44,900 nucleotides of DNA from a bacterium HR26 (GTDB taxonomy: Bacteria; Chloroflexota; Chloroflexia; Thermomicrobiales; Thermomicrobiaceae): positions 1-44,900 of the forward strand of contig BEIC01000001.1 in NCBI GenBank assembly GCA_002898875.1, read 5' to 3'. Positions 9,495 to 17,969 of this stretch are shown in pieces (within the stretch, counting starts at the first letter, position 1; each line of letters opens with the position of its first letter). Below the pieces are notes generated by a model, which did not search any database, had not been told where the DNA came from, and saw nothing but the letters and a program-made list of their open reading frames with translations. The translations under genes and the position numbers were made by a program.

Positions 9495-10486
9495 ACGCGC
9501 CGGTCTGGCTCACTTGGGCTGCGGTGGCGACGCTCGGCGTCGCGATCACGCGCAACCCGCTCTACCTGAGCCTCGCGCTGGGCGCGACGGCCAGCGTCTA
9601 CCTGGCCGTCGACCGCCGCCGGCCGCTGGGCCGTCCGCCGACCAGGCTGCCGCTGCAGATCGGCCTCGCCGTCGCACTCGCCAGTGTCGTCTTTAACGCC
9701 CTGACTGCGCACGTCGGCGACCGCGTGCTCTGGCGTCTGCCTTCCGGCTGGCCGATCGTCGGCGGTCCGATCACGCTCAACGCTGTCCTCTACGGGCTGC
9801 TCACCGCGACAGTGCTATTGACCCTTCTAGTCGTCGCCGCGGTACTCGATGGCGCGCTCGACCGCGCTCAGGCGTTGCGGCTCGTCCCGCCGACTTTCTC
9901 CACGGCCATGACCAGCCTGGCACTGGCGCTCACAGCCTTCCCGATGGCTGTCCGCGCCGTGCGAGAGGTCCGTGAGGCCCAGCAGGCGCGCGGGATCTCC
10001 GGCCCGCCAGCTCTCCGCCTCCGTTCGATCCTGGTGCCGGTGCTGCACCGCGGGCTGGAGCACGCCTTCGCAGTCGCTGAGACGCTGGAATGCCGCGGCT
10101 TCGGCGCCGAGAACCCCTCGCCGTGGGCGCGCCGCCTGATGCTGGCCGCGGTCGGTGGCCTCTGCACCCTGGTGCTCGGCATGGTCACCGGCGACGGCCG
10201 GCTGGCCGAGCTGGGACTCCTCAGCGCTCTCCTCGCGCTGTTCCTTCTCTTCCGAGGCGCCTGGGCAGGTGTCCGGCGCCTGCGCTGGAGTCGGGAGGAA
10301 ATGGCTACCCTGGCGCTGGCGCTCGGCGGCGCGGCGATCCTGCTGGGCACGCTCGCTTTGGCACCGGCGGAGCTGACATACAGCACCTACCCCCGGCTGA
10401 GCTGGCCGCCCTTCCACCCGGTCACCGGGCTGGCCTACCTGTCGCTGGCCACCCCCGCTCTCCTCCTGCTGGAGGAACGCCGATGA
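9491..10486 (+). CDS. ecfT: ECF transporter transmembrane T component
   Basis: Multi-TM protein with 'VREAQQARG' and 'AETLECRGFG' coupling-helix motifs; ATGA overlap with the upstream gene. Confidence 0.85.
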   Translation: MNAPVWLTWAAVATLGVAITRNPLYLSLALGATASVYLAVDRRRPLGRPPTRLPLQIGLAVALASVVFNALTAHVGDRVLWRLPSGWPIVGGPITLNAVLYGLLTATVLLTLLVVAAVLDGALDRAQALRLVPPTFSTAMTSLALALTAFPMAVRAVREVREAQQARGISGPPALRLRSILVPVLHRGLEHAFAVAETLECRGFGAENPSPWARRLMLAAVGGLCTLVLGMVTGDGRLAELGLLSALLALFLLFRGAWAGVRRLRWSREEMATLALALGGAAILLGTLALAPAELTYSTYPRLSWPPFHPVTGLAYLSLATPALLLLEERR

Positions 10487-12120
10487 TCCGCATCGAGCAG
10501 CTCATCTATCGCTACCCACACCAGTCCCGTGATGCCCTGTCAAGCGTGTGCTGGCAAGTGGAGGAGGGAGAGTTCGTCCTCCTCGCTGGCGCCTCGGGAT
10601 CCGGCAAAACCACGCTCTTGCGCTGTCTGAATGGCCTGGTCCCGCACTTCCACGGCGGCTCCTTCGGCGGCCGCGTCCTGGTCGCCGGGCTGGACACGCG
10701 CGTGCACAGCACCGCGAGGCTCAGCCGGCTGGTCGGCTTCGTGGCCCAGGATCCCGAGGCGCAGGGCCTGCTCGACTGCGTGGCCGACGAGATCGCCTTC
10801 GGCCTCGAGAACCTGGGCTACGACGAGCGAGCGATCCGCGTGCGGGTGGAGGAGGCGCTGGACCTGCTCGGGATCGCCAGCCTGAGGAACCGCCGGCTCG
10901 CGACGCTCTCAGGCGGCGAGCGGCAGCGAGTCGCGCTGGCCGCGGCACTTGCCGCCCGGCCACACATCCTCGCCCTGGACGAGCCGACCTCGCAGCTCGA
11001 TCCCTGGGCTGCCGAGTCGATCCTCGACGTGCTCCGGCGACTGGTCGACGACCTAGGGTTGACGATCGTGCTGGCCGAGCAGCGGCTCGAGCGGGTGCTG
11101 GGGCTGTGCAGCCGGGTGACGCTGCTCAGCCCGGATGGACGGCTGGAGCGGGACGGGCCGCCGGAGGAAATCGCGTCCGAGCTCCCGTGGCCTCCACCGT
11201 TGATCCGGCTGGGCCTAGCGCTCGGCTCGCGGCCGGTGCCGCTCACCGTCAAGCAAGCGCGCGAACTGGTGCACAACCGCGGGCTGGTGCTCTCGCCCGG
11301 CGAGCCGGTCCGCAGCGCTGGTCGGCCAGCCGACCCCCCTGCGGTCGAGCTGGAGCGAGTCTGGGTTCGAGCGGGCGAGCGCTGGGCGCTGGAGGACGTA
11401 TCGCTTGCCGTCTACCCTGGTCTAGTCACCATCCTGATGGGACGGAATGGCGCCGGCAAGACGACGCTCTTGCGGCAGATCGTCGGGCTCCAGAAGCCGG
11501 ATCGGGGCCGCGTCGTCGTCCTCGGGCGTGAGATAATCCACCTCTCCAGGGCCGAGCTTGCCCGCGCCGTCGGCTACGTACCGCAGCACCCGTCGAGCAT
11601 GCTCTTCAGCGAATCCGTGCGCGAGGAGCTTGTAGTGACGCTTCGGGCACGTGGGCATCAGGAAGACGAGCTGGAGTGGACGCTCCAGCGGCTCGGGCTG
11701 GCCGAGCACGCGGCGCGCCACCCATACGACCTGAGCGGCGGGGAGCGCCAGCGGGCGGCGCTGGCCGCCGTCCTCGTGGGCCGGCCGTCGATCCTGCTGC
11801 TCGACGAGCCGACCCGTGGCCTCGACCCTGAGCGCAAGGCTGACCTCGGGCGGCTCCTGCGGCGAGTGGCAGCGGATGGGTGTGCCGTCGTCGTTGCGAC
11901 ACACGACGTTGAGTTCGCGGCCGGCTGGGCCGATCGGATCGCACTGCTGGCCGAGGGTCGTGTCATCGCCGAGGGGGCGCCGGCCGAAGTGCTGGCCGGC
12001 ACGCTGGCCTACAGCACGCAGATCAACCGTGTCTTCGGCGGGCCATACCTCACTGTGGAAGATGTCCTCGCGGCGGTAGGCCATGCTCCGGTCCCGCCCG
12101 CTTCGGCAGAGGTGGGCTAG
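10483..12120 (+). CDS. ECF transporter fused dual ATPase (EcfA-A')
   Basis: Two ABC domains: GASGSGKT/LSGGE/DEPT and GRNGAGKT/LSGGE/DEPT; 'QDPEAQ' ECF-type Q-loop; start at 10483 (ATGA overlap). Confidence 0.9.
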   Translation: MIRIEQLIYRYPHQSRDALSSVCWQVEEGEFVLLAGASGSGKTTLLRCLNGLVPHFHGGSFGGRVLVAGLDTRVHSTARLSRLVGFVAQDPEAQGLLDCVADEIAFGLENLGYDERAIRVRVEEALDLLGIASLRNRRLATLSGGERQRVALAAALAARPHILALDEPTSQLDPWAAESILDVLRRLVDDLGLTIVLAEQRLERVLGLCSRVTLLSPDGRLERDGPPEEIASELPWPPPLIRLGLALGSRPVPLTVKQARELVHNRGLVLSPGEPVRSAGRPADPPAVELERVWVRAGERWALEDVSLAVYPGLVTILMGRNGAGKTTLLRQIVGLQKPDRGRVVVLGREIIHLSRAELARAVGYVPQHPSSMLFSESVREELVVTLRARGHQEDELEWTLQRLGLAEHAARHPYDLSGGERQRAALAAVLVGRPSILLLDEPTRGLDPERKADLGRLLRRVAADGCAVVVATHDVEFAAGWADRIALLAEGRVIAEGAPAEVLAGTLAYSTQINRVFGGPYLTVEDVLAAVGHAPVPPASAEVG

Positions 12121-12149
12121 CCGCGGCGGAAGCAGGTGGATACCGGGCA

Positions 12150-12662
12150 TCAGTGTGAGAGGTCGACCAGCCGTAGCGGTCGGCGCAGATCAACCGGCGC
12201 CTCCGGATAGGCATGCAGATTGGGCAGGCGAGTCACGGCTGTGAAGCACCAGCGAAGCCAAACTGCCTGTTCGAAGTCCCATCCCCAGAGCTCAGTCCAA
12301 GCCTCAGGAGTCTCGACGCGGACCTGCTCCGCGGCCAGCAGCGCGCCAAACGTCAGATGAACGGCGTCCCAGTCCTCGGCCACGCGAGACCAGTCCGGCA
12401 CCAGCCGGCCATCCTCCCCTCGAGCTGGGTAGCTCGTGCAGAGTTGGTGCCAGTCCTGCGGACCGGTTACCTCGAAGACGCGCGCTCGGCGACGCGACCA
12501 GCCGGTAGAGGACCAGGGGCAGGGCAACGCAATGGCCGCCGTTGCGAGGCACAGGGCCGGATCGGACGCCAGCTCAGCCGATACCCCCAGCCTCCCAGAG
12601 TACGAGTGGGAAGGCACACCCAGCCGGCGCCGCGCAGAGCGCGGCAGCTCGATCCTCCACAC
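12150..12662 (-). pseudogene. Probable frameshifted remnant of a hypothetical protein
   Basis: Protein-like segments fall in three frames: VEDRAAALCAAPAGCAF (after an AGGAGG RBS), LGVSAELASDPALCLATAAIAL, LPLVLYRLVASPSAR, then VFEVTGPQDW...PDWSRVAEDWDAVHLT. Confidence 0.5.
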
Positions 12663-12777
12663 TGCCTCCTCACTTCCCGACTAATCCGGCCATCATTGCC
12701 CGTGATCCCGTGCCATCTTATACTGGACGTTGCCGGATGGATCGGATCGCACGTGCGGGTAGGCAAGGGGGCAGCGG

Positions 12778-13113
12778 GTGAAGCTGATGGTGGTCATCGT
12801 CCAGGACGAGGACGCCGACCGGCTCGTCGGCGAGCTGGTCGAGGAAGGGTTTCGCGTGACCCGCATCGCCAGTACCGGCGCGCTGCTCCGTCGCGACAAC
12901 ACCAGCCTGCTGCTCTGCGTCGAAGACCACGAGGTGAGCCGTGCCACCGCGATCATCCGTCGCGTCTGCCGCCGGCGCAAGCAGGTAGTCGTGCCGTACG
13001 CGCCGGCGCTCGAGCCGGGACTGCTCTACCTGCCGGAGAACTTCGAGGTCGAGGTCGGAGGAGCGATTATCTTCGTATTGCCGGTCGAGCGTGTCGAGCG
13101 GTTCGGCGAGTAA
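12778..13113 (+). CDS. PII-like cyclic-di-AMP receptor family protein (DarA/PstA/YaaQ, DUF970)
   Basis: 'MKLMVVIVQDEDA...T.IASTG..LR..NT...VEVGGAIIFVLPVE' family pattern; GTG start. Confidence 0.85.
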   Translation: MKLMVVIVQDEDADRLVGELVEEGFRVTRIASTGALLRRDNTSLLLCVEDHEVSRATAIIRRVCRRRKQVVVPYAPALEPGLLYLPENFEVEVGGAIIFVLPVERVERFGE

Positions 13114-13134
13114 GCGAGGCATCGGCCATGACCA

Positions 13135-13163
13135 TTGATCTCCCGGCCAGCATCTCGTATGAT
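13135..13163 (+). promoter_or_regulatory. recA promoter
   Basis: TTGATC-17 nt-TATGAT. Confidence 0.75.
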
Positions 13164-13175
13164 TGACCAGGACTC

Positions 13176-13187
13176 GAACATGGGTTC
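13176..13187. promoter_or_regulatory. LexA operator (SOS box, GAAC-N4-GTTC)
   Basis: GAACATGGGTTC just downstream of the -10 of the recA promoter; matches the Gram-positive/Chloroflexota-type box. Confidence 0.85.
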
Positions 13188-13220
13188 TACCACGTGGGCA
13201 GGCTGCAGGAAAGGCGGTAA

Positions 13221-14300
13221 GTGAGCATGGACCGAGAGCGCGCGCTCGAACTCGCCATCTCCCAGATCGAGCGACAGTTCGGCAAAGGGGCGATCATGCG
13301 CATGGGCGAGGACGCGTCTCGCCTCCAGGTCGAGGTCATCCCGACTGGCTCCATCGCGCTCGATCTGGCGCTCGGTGTCGGCGGCATTCCCCGCGGCCGG
13401 ATCACCGAGATCTACGGACCCGAAGCCAGTGGCAAGACGACACTGGCTCTCCACGTCATCGCCCAAGCCCAGAAGATGGGAGGTGTAGCCGCCTACATCG
13501 ACGCTGAGCATGCCTTTGACCCGGTCTACGCCGAGCGCCTGGGCGTCGACCTTGACGATCTCCTGATCGCTCAACCGGACACCGGTGAGCAGGCCCTGGA
13601 GATCGCCGAGACCCTGGTGCGCAGCGGTGCCGTCGATGTCGTCGTGATCGACTCGGTGGCAGCGCTGGTGCCGCGAGCTGAGATCGAGGGCGAGATGGGC
13701 GATGCTCACGTGGGCCTCCAGGCCCGGCTGATGAGCCAGGCCCTGCGCAAGCTGACGGGTGCCATCAGCCGCTCCAAGACGGCGGTCATCTTCATCAACC
13801 AGCTCCGGATGAAGATCGGCGTGATGTACGGCAACCCGGAGACGACCACTGGCGGCAACGCCCTCAAGTTCTACGCCTCGGTGCGGCTCGACATCCGCAA
13901 GATCGATGCCATCAAGGAAGGCGCCGATACCGTCGGCATCCGGGCACGAGTGAAGGTGGTCAAGAACAAGGTCGCCCCGCCGTTCCGCCAGGCCGAATTC
14001 GACATCATGTACAACGAGGGGATCTCGATCGCCGGCAACATCCTCGACGTCGCGACTGATCTCGGCATCATCCGCAAGAGCGGCGCCTGGTACTATCTCG
14101 GAGACGAGCGGCTCGGCCAGGGGCGTGAGAATGCCAAGGCGTTCCTCAAGGCCAACCCCGAGGTGATGGCCGAGATCGAGCAGCGTATCCGCCAGGCCTC
14201 ACCGGAGCTACGCCACCGGATCCACTACGACGGCGGCGGCGAGGAGTCCGCGGAGGCCGAGCCGCTGTTGGGTAACCTCTTCGCGGAGGCTGAGCCCTAG
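13221..14300 (+). CDS. recA: Recombinase RecA
   Basis: [41 protein letters not shown]. Confidence 0.99.
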   Translation: MSMDRERALELAISQIERQFGKGAIMRMGEDASRLQVEVIPTGSIALDLALGVGGIPRGRITEIYGPEASGKTTLALHVIAQAQKMGGVAAYIDAEHAFDPVYAERLGVDLDDLLIAQPDTGEQALEIAETLVRSGAVDVVVIDSVAALVPRAEIEGEMGDAHVGLQARLMSQALRKLTGAISRSKTAVIFINQLRMKIGVMYGNPETTTGGNALKFYASVRLDIRKIDAIKEGADTVGIRARVKVVKNKVAPPFRQAEFDIMYNEGISIAGNILDVATDLGIIRKSGAWYYLGDERLGQGRENAKAFLKANPEVMAEIEQRIRQASPELRHRIHYDGGGEESAEAEPLLGNLFAEAEP

Positions 14301-14318
14301 AACCTGTAGGACGGCGCG

Positions 14319-15248
14319 GTGGACGCGGCGGTCGAAGTCGACAACCTGACCAAGCGCTACGGCGACAAGCTGGCCGTCGATGCGGCCAGCTTCGCCCTCT
14401 ACCCAGGCCAGCTTGTGGGCCTGCTCGGGCCCAACGGCGCCGGTAAGACGACCACGCTCGGCATGCTGTCCGGGCTAATCCAGCCCTCCTCCGGCACCAT
14501 TCGCCTGTTCGGGCAACCGCTGGAGGCACGCGCCAGCCAGCTACTCCGTCGCGTTGGGCTGATGCCGGAGGTGGCGACCTTTTACCCCTACCTCAGCGGT
14601 CGCGACAATCTCCGGGTCATGGCCGCCACGTACGGCGTCGACACGAGGCAGATCGATGACCTGATCGAGCGGGTCGGGCTGGCCGAGAACGCCCAGCGCC
14701 CCTTCAAGACCTACTCGCAGGGCATGCGGCAGTTGCTGTCGCTGGCCAACGCGCTGCTCGGCGACCCCGATCTGCTGCTGCTCGACGAGCCGACCAACGG
14801 CCTCGACCCTTACGGTCAGCAGCGCGTTCATAGCCTGCTGCGCGAACTCGCTGCCCGCGGCAAGGCGATCCTTCTCTCCAGCCACCTGCTGCGCGATGTC
14901 GAGGAGATCTGCGAGCGGGTGATCATCATCAACCGCGGGCGGATCGTCGCCGATGGCCAGCTCAGCGAGCTGCTGCGCGCGAGCGCTCGGATCCTGCTGC
15001 GCACCACCGATGACGAGCGGGCGCTCGCCCTGTTGCGCGAGGCGGAGCGGCCAGGCTGGATCGGTGGCGTGACTGTGGAGGACGGTCGGCTCGTTCTGCA
15101 GGCCCCGCCTGAGCAGGCGGGCGAGCTGAGCGCCTTCTTGGCCCGGCACGCGATCTACCCGGTGGAACTGATGCCCCAGCGCGACTCTCTCCGCTCGCTC
15201 TTCGTCGAGGTCACCGGCGAGACGACGGATGGGAGGCCGAGCGCGTGA
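14319..15248 (+). CDS. ABC exporter ATP-binding protein
   Basis: GPNGAGKTT, YSQGM signature, LLDEPTNGLD, SSH. Confidence 0.9.
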   Translation: MDAAVEVDNLTKRYGDKLAVDAASFALYPGQLVGLLGPNGAGKTTTLGMLSGLIQPSSGTIRLFGQPLEARASQLLRRVGLMPEVATFYPYLSGRDNLRVMAATYGVDTRQIDDLIERVGLAENAQRPFKTYSQGMRQLLSLANALLGDPDLLLLDEPTNGLDPYGQQRVHSLLRELAARGKAILLSSHLLRDVEEICERVIIINRGRIVADGQLSELLRASARILLRTTDDERALALLREAERPGWIGGVTVEDGRLVLQAPPEQAGELSAFLARHAIYPVELMPQRDSLRSLFVEVTGETTDGRPSA

Positions 15249-16135
15249 GCGGTATCCTCCGGGCCGAGCTGCTCAAGGTGCTGCGGCGGCCGATGACCTG
15301 GATCGCGCTGGCGATCGTGCTGGCCATCCTGGCGACAGTACAGTCGCTCCTGATCGTCCTGGCGTTCCTACCCACCCCGGAGGGAACCGGCGATGACCAG
15401 GCAGGGCCGGCTCGGTTGTTCGTCGAGCTGACGGTGCTGCCGGGCGGCCTGGCAAACGGGCTCAACTTCCTGCCCGGCCTAGGGATCTTCGCACTGGCCG
15501 TCGTCGCGGCCAGCGTGGCCGGCAGCGAGTTCTCCTGGGGTACTGTCGTGCCGCTGTTCGCCCGCGGCGCCGACCGCCGGGCAGTTATCCTGGCGAAGCT
15601 GCTCGCCCTCGCTCTGGTGACGGTCATCTGGCTGCTCGCGACCTTTATCCTGGCCTTCGTGCTCTCCGCTGCGGCCTCGCTCATCCACCTGGGCCAGATA
15701 CCGCTGGATTGGCTCAACTTCGACATGGTGCAGGAGCTGGCCATCGGCATGGGTCGCTCGCTCCTGGCGATGCTCCCCTACCTGGCAGCCGCCGTCGCGC
15801 TGGCACTCCTCTTTCGCTCGCCTGCCATCGCCATGGCCGTCGTGCTCGGTTACATCATCGTCGAAGAGGTGGGCCTGGCAGCCCTTACCGCGCTCCGGCC
15901 GATAGCCGGCGGGGGCCTAGGACAGCTCATTGGCCTGGTCGATGCCGCTGCCATCGGTGCCAACGCCGACCGGTTGACCGGCCTCAACACGCTGGCGCTG
16001 TCTCCCCTGGCGCAGGGTACAGCCATCGAGCACCCGTACCGCGCTGCCCTGATCCTCGTCGCCTATACAGTCCTCTTCGCGATTCTCGCCATCCTGGCGC
16101 TGCGGAGCAGAGACATCACCTTCCGGCCTGCTTAG
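15245..16135 (+). CDS. ABC-2 type exporter permease
   Basis: 'LRAELLK', 'GSEFSWGT', 'R..VILAK', about six TM segments; overlaps the ATPase stop. Confidence 0.85.
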   Translation: MSGILRAELLKVLRRPMTWIALAIVLAILATVQSLLIVLAFLPTPEGTGDDQAGPARLFVELTVLPGGLANGLNFLPGLGIFALAVVAASVAGSEFSWGTVVPLFARGADRRAVILAKLLALALVTVIWLLATFILAFVLSAAASLIHLGQIPLDWLNFDMVQELAIGMGRSLLAMLPYLAAAVALALLFRSPAIAMAVVLGYIIVEEVGLAALTALRPIAGGGLGQLIGLVDAAAIGANADRLTGLNTLALSPLAQGTAIEHPYRAALILVAYTVLFAILAILALRSRDITFRPA

Positions 16136-16176
16136 CTCCCGGCATGCAGCGGGGTGGATTCCCTCTAACGCGATAC

Positions 16177-17004
16177 TTACCCGGCAGATGACATCGCCAT
16201 CGCCGTCGGCAGGGCGCCCGGGTAGACGAGAACGAGGGCACCATAGGCTACCAGGGCCACCGCAGCCGCGACGCGCGCGTACGGGCTGATCGGCAACGAC
16301 TTTTCGGCGAAGATCAGCAGGGTGATCAGCGCCATCAACCCGACGTTCATCAGCCCGAGCGGGAAGAGGATAGCGAACAGGAGCCAGCAGCAGCCGAGGC
16401 AGTAGAGGCCGTGGCGAAGGCCCATCTCGAGCGCGCCCTGATAGCCCTCCCGCCACCGAGTGAGGACGAAGTGTAGAGGAGTGCGGCAGTGCGCCAGGCA
16501 GGCCCGCTTGAGTGGTGATAACTGGTACAGTCCCGCGAGCACGATGAGCGCGCCACCGAGCCGTGCCGCGTTCATGCCGAACCAGGCCGATCCCTGGATG
16601 GCACGCTCGGCGATGAGGGCCACACCGTAGATGAGCACCCCGAACGCTATCCAGACGATCAGGTAGCCTGCGACGAAGACCCAGGTGGGCACGAACGCCT
16701 GGCCCTGAGCACGCTTGCCGGCTTGCACGCGCGCGAACATCAGGATCATCGGCGCCGCCGTCGGGAACATCATCGCGACCATCATCACGACCCAGACGGC
16801 GAGGAAGAGGAGCGGGCCCAGACCCATGGTCGGGCCCATCATCTCCTCCCCTCCCATTCCCGGCTCCCAGCGCAGGAGCGCGATCCAGCTCACCACAGCA
16901 AGCGCCAGGAGCAGAAGGAGGATCATCGCGCGCTCGCGGCGTAGCGGGGCGGGCAGGGACGCTGCCAAAGCCGGCTTTCCCGGAGGTGCATCACCCATGG
17001 CCAT
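16177..17004 (-). CDS. DUF2182 predicted metal-binding integral membrane protein
   Basis: 'WVVMMVAMMFP', 'YQLSPLKRACLAHCR', 'YCLGCCWLL', 'EK' motifs; AGGAGG RBS. Confidence 0.9.
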   Translation of the reverse strand: MAMGDAPPGKPALAASLPAPLRRERAMILLLLLALAVVSWIALLRWEPGMGGEEMMGPTMGLGPLLFLAVWVVMMVAMMFPTAAPMILMFARVQAGKRAQGQAFVPTWVFVAGYLIVWIAFGVLIYGVALIAERAIQGSAWFGMNAARLGGALIVLAGLYQLSPLKRACLAHCRTPLHFVLTRWREGYQGALEMGLRHGLYCLGCCWLLFAILFPLGLMNVGLMALITLLIFAEKSLPISPYARVAAAVALVAYGALVLVYPGALPTAMAMSSAG

Positions 17005-17084
17005 GCCTCCTCGACCCGCCGGCGGCATCCTCGCGCCCGGCTCCGAGATCCAAGCGACCCTGCCCGCCCGGCGCCCTTAACGGC

Positions 17085-17684
17085 TTATCCGCGCCAGGTG
17101 AACCTGCTGATCATGCCGGAGTCACCCTCCCACGGGCGCATTTCCGGGTCCGACCACCGGCTGCCGGTGGTCTTCGCCGGCTGCCCCTCCTCGACCGAGA
17201 AGACAGCCATCGCCTCGGCGGCTTCCACCTTCGTCGTCCGGCCGGCCGAGTCCTTCCGCGGAGCCCACTGCAACCGGCCAGCCTGCCCGATCGTGGCGGT
17301 TATGACGTCGTTGCGCTGCAGATCGATCTCAGTCACGGCGGTGGGAAGGAGCTTCCCGACGGCTGGCCCGAGCGCGGCCATCGGCCCACCCTTCTGGCCC
17401 GAGAAGATCGCTTCCAGCTCGCGCCGCTGCTCTTCGCTGGCTCGCGCGTCGATGTAGAACCGTATCGTGAAGTTGCCGCCGGCGAACGGGCCGGGAATGT
17501 TCCCGGCCATGACGACACGCCGGCCGGACAGGTCGACACCATCAGAGTTACCTTGCTCGACATCGAAGAGGATTGCGGTCCCGCACCAACCCTGGTCCGG
17601 CTGGACGCTCAGATCGAGCCAGCACGGGCAGAGGAGTGTGCAGTTGCACACCTCGAGCATTTGTCCCGAGACCTGCCAGGCCAT
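17085..17684 (-). CDS. DUF1326 family protein
   Basis: 'W.VSG..LE.CNC...CPC', 'YID..AS.EQR..LEAIFSG..GG'; the usual neighbour of DUF2182. Confidence 0.9.
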   Translation of the reverse strand: MAWQVSGQMLEVCNCTLLCPCWLDLSVQPDQGWCGTAILFDVEQGNSDGVDLSGRRVVMAGNIPGPFAGGNFTIRFYIDARASEEQRRELEAIFSGQKGGPMAALGPAVGKLLPTAVTEIDLQRNDVITATIGQAGRLQWAPRKDSAGRTTKVEAAEAMAVFSVEEGQPAKTTGSRWSDPEMRPWEGDSGMISRFTWRG

Positions 17685-17855
17685 CGTCTTCCTCCTTCGA
17701 GATGGAGAGAAACGCCATGAGGAAGATATAGAGCATTGGCGATCGGCCGAACAGGTCAAACGATGCTCAATAGTTATTCACTTTGCGCCCAACGGCTTCC
17801 GCCCAAGGGCAGCTTGCGCGCGCCGGTGCGAGCTGGGCGATTCGCGGCAGAACGA

Positions 17856-17887
17856 ATCTGGTGTGGCTCCTGAGAGCCACACCAGAT
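17856..17887 (-). terminator. Perfect 14-bp hairpin, probable terminator of the NlpC/P60 gene
   Basis: ATCTGGTGTGGCTC-ctga-GAGCCACACCAGAT; weak U-tract (tcgttct) on the minus strand. Confidence 0.6.
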
Positions 17888-17969
17888 AGTCGAACTCGAT
17901 CGTCTGCTGGCGAACGATACCCCGATCTGTCAGGAAGCCAGGTCTACTGACCTTCCATGCGTATCAGCA

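Noticed and set aside
10090-10482. N-terminal extension of the ECF ATPase (similar extensions on the amidase, rimI, HDAC and GT4 ORFs)
   Set aside because: Most overlap upstream genes in another frame and all have low-information sequence; the downstream starts fit RBS position, gene overlap or family domain boundaries better.
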